A DNA stretch of 64,000 bases from Candidatus Latescibacterota bacterium (lineage in GTDB: Bacteria; Latescibacterota; UBA2968; UBA8231), in assembly GCA_965217585.1 (NCBI GenBank), contig OZ244561.1, positions 1,824,001 through 1,888,000 of the forward strand. Direction: 5' to 3'. Below, piece by piece: positions 62,720 through 64,000 of the stretch. Position numbers and translations under genes: made by a program. Numbering within the stretch: the stretch's first letter is position 1; the number at the start of each line of letters is the position of its first letter. The notes below the pieces were generated by a model, which saw nothing but the letters and a program-made list of their open reading frames with translations, made no database searches and had not been told where the DNA came from.

Positions 62720-64000
62720 AACTCAACCCGCTGGCATCGATGAGCTGTACCTTGCCGCGCCGATGCTCTAACTTGCGATTGCTGAGCACCCAGATGTAGG
62801 TGGCAATGCCCGTGTTGAAAACATGTTGAGCGGCAGCGCGACAATGGCCTCCAGATAGTCGTTCTCAATGATCCAGCGGCGGATATTGCTCTCACCTTGG
62901 CCGGCGTCGCCGGTGAACAGGGAGCTGCCGTTGTGGACCTCGGCGATGCGGCTGCCGAGCAGGGTCTGCTGCTTCATCTTACTCAGCATGTTGGCGAGGA
63001 ACAGCATCTGACCATCGCTGGAGCGGGTGACCAGCGAGTATTCGGGATCGCCCGCGTGCTCAAAGAGAAAGCGCGGGTCGCGCATGTCGCTCTTGCCGCC
63101 CAAGCGGTCGAGGTCGCTCTTCCAACTCTTGCCGTACGGCGGATTGGAGAGCATGAAGTCGAACTCGTGGGTCAGGAACGCGTCGTTGGCCAGCGTCGAG
63201 TACGCCGGGCCACCGACAATGTTATCGGCCGCGTCGCCTTCGCCCTTGAGCAGCAGATCGGCCTTGCAGATGGCGTAGGTTTCGGCGTTGATCTCCTGCC
63301 CGTAGAGGTGCGTCGCCACCTGCTTGCCGCGCTCGCGGGCGATCTCTTGCAGCGTCTCTTCGGCGACCGTCAACATGCCGCCGGTGCCGCAGGCGCCATC
63401 GTAGAGCAGGTAGGTGCTGGACTCGATCTGGTCGGCGACCGGCAAGAAAATGAGCTTGGCCATCAGCTTGACGGCATCGCGCGGCGTCCAGTGCTCGCCC
63501 GCCTCCTCGTTGTTCTCCTCGTTGAAGCGCCTGACCAGTTCCTCAAAGACCGTGCCCATGCCGTGATTGTCGAGGCCGGGCAGCTTCACCGAGCCGTCGG
63601 CGTTTTTGACCGAGTGCGGGCTTAGGTTGACGTCGGGCGACGTCAGCTTCTCGATCAGCGTACCGAGCGCATCAGCGCTAGAGAGGCGCGAGATCTGGTT
63701 GCGGAACTCGAAGCAGTCGAGAATGTCCTGCACGTTGGACGAGAAGCCGTCGAGGTACGCCTCGAAATCGGCGCGGAGCTGCTGCTGGTTGGCGCGGGAT
63801 CTCAGGTCCCGCAGAGTGAACGGGGAAGTGTTGTAGAAGGCTTGCCCGGCCGCGTCGCGCAGCGGCCCCTCCTGCTCCACCACGCCCGCCTTGTCGAGCA
63901 GATCACGTCGCTCCAGAACGTCCGCCTTGCTGTCTTCGAGCACTGCATCCAAGCGGCGCAGCACCGTCATAGGCAGAATCACGTCGCGGTACTTGCCGCG
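62720..64000 (-). pseudogene. hsdM: Type I RM methyltransferase subunit, frameshifted and 3'-truncated (5' end beyond window)
   Basis: ILPMTVLRRLD, AGEHWTPRD, YDGACGTGG, NPPYG; one-base loss near 62817 (MFS instead of MFYNTGIATY); shifted frame ends at VQLIDASG. Confidence 0.9.

Noticed and set aside
62810-62825. Programmed frameshift or phase variation in hsdM
   Set aside because: Only a 4-nt run, and the gene is also truncated about 30 codons later, so decay is the simpler explanation

Overview
GC-rich bacterial window. The gene repertoire (FlgD/CTD-tailed secreted proteins, ASPIC/UnbV proteins, a DUF6785-like transporter, many amidohydrolase/Gfo-Idh-MocA/CocE enzymes) suggests an FCB-related lineage such as Latescibacterota or Gemmatimonadota; this is inference. 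Layout: (1) 1-9.9 kb: a TonB-receptor/ABC uptake operon, three catabolic genes and a His-repeat RcnA/NiCoT-type metal transporter. (2) 10-21.4 kb: core C/N metabolism (gltD, gltB, a divergent Lrp-like regulator, pntB/pntAb/pntAa, hpf, gltA). (3) 21.5-52.7 kb: an accessory block littered with IS remnants and MITEs. It encodes an apparently uncharacterised cell-envelope system: three paralogous secreted proteins all ending in a FlgD-Ig/CTD-like domain and the tripeptide VAY, a two-domain PPIase lipoprotein, a TPR lipoprotein, an 886-aa predicted beta-barrel protein, a GT-C glycosyltransferase-TPR fusion, a CBM9-like protein with a SWGRIK tail, three ASPIC/UnbV (CRTAC1-like) proteins, an UnbU/RnfD-like membrane protein and an OPT-like transporter. 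(4) 52.8-58.6 kb: CocE hydrolase, YtoQ, and a heparinase II/III-like lyase with a T9SS-type CTD. (5) 58.6-64 kb: a heavily decayed type I restriction-modification/toxin-antitoxin island in which a UDG-superfamily glycosylase and a HigA antitoxin remain intact. No rRNA, tRNA or CRISPR array was seen. All family assignments come from recalled motifs; no searches were run.
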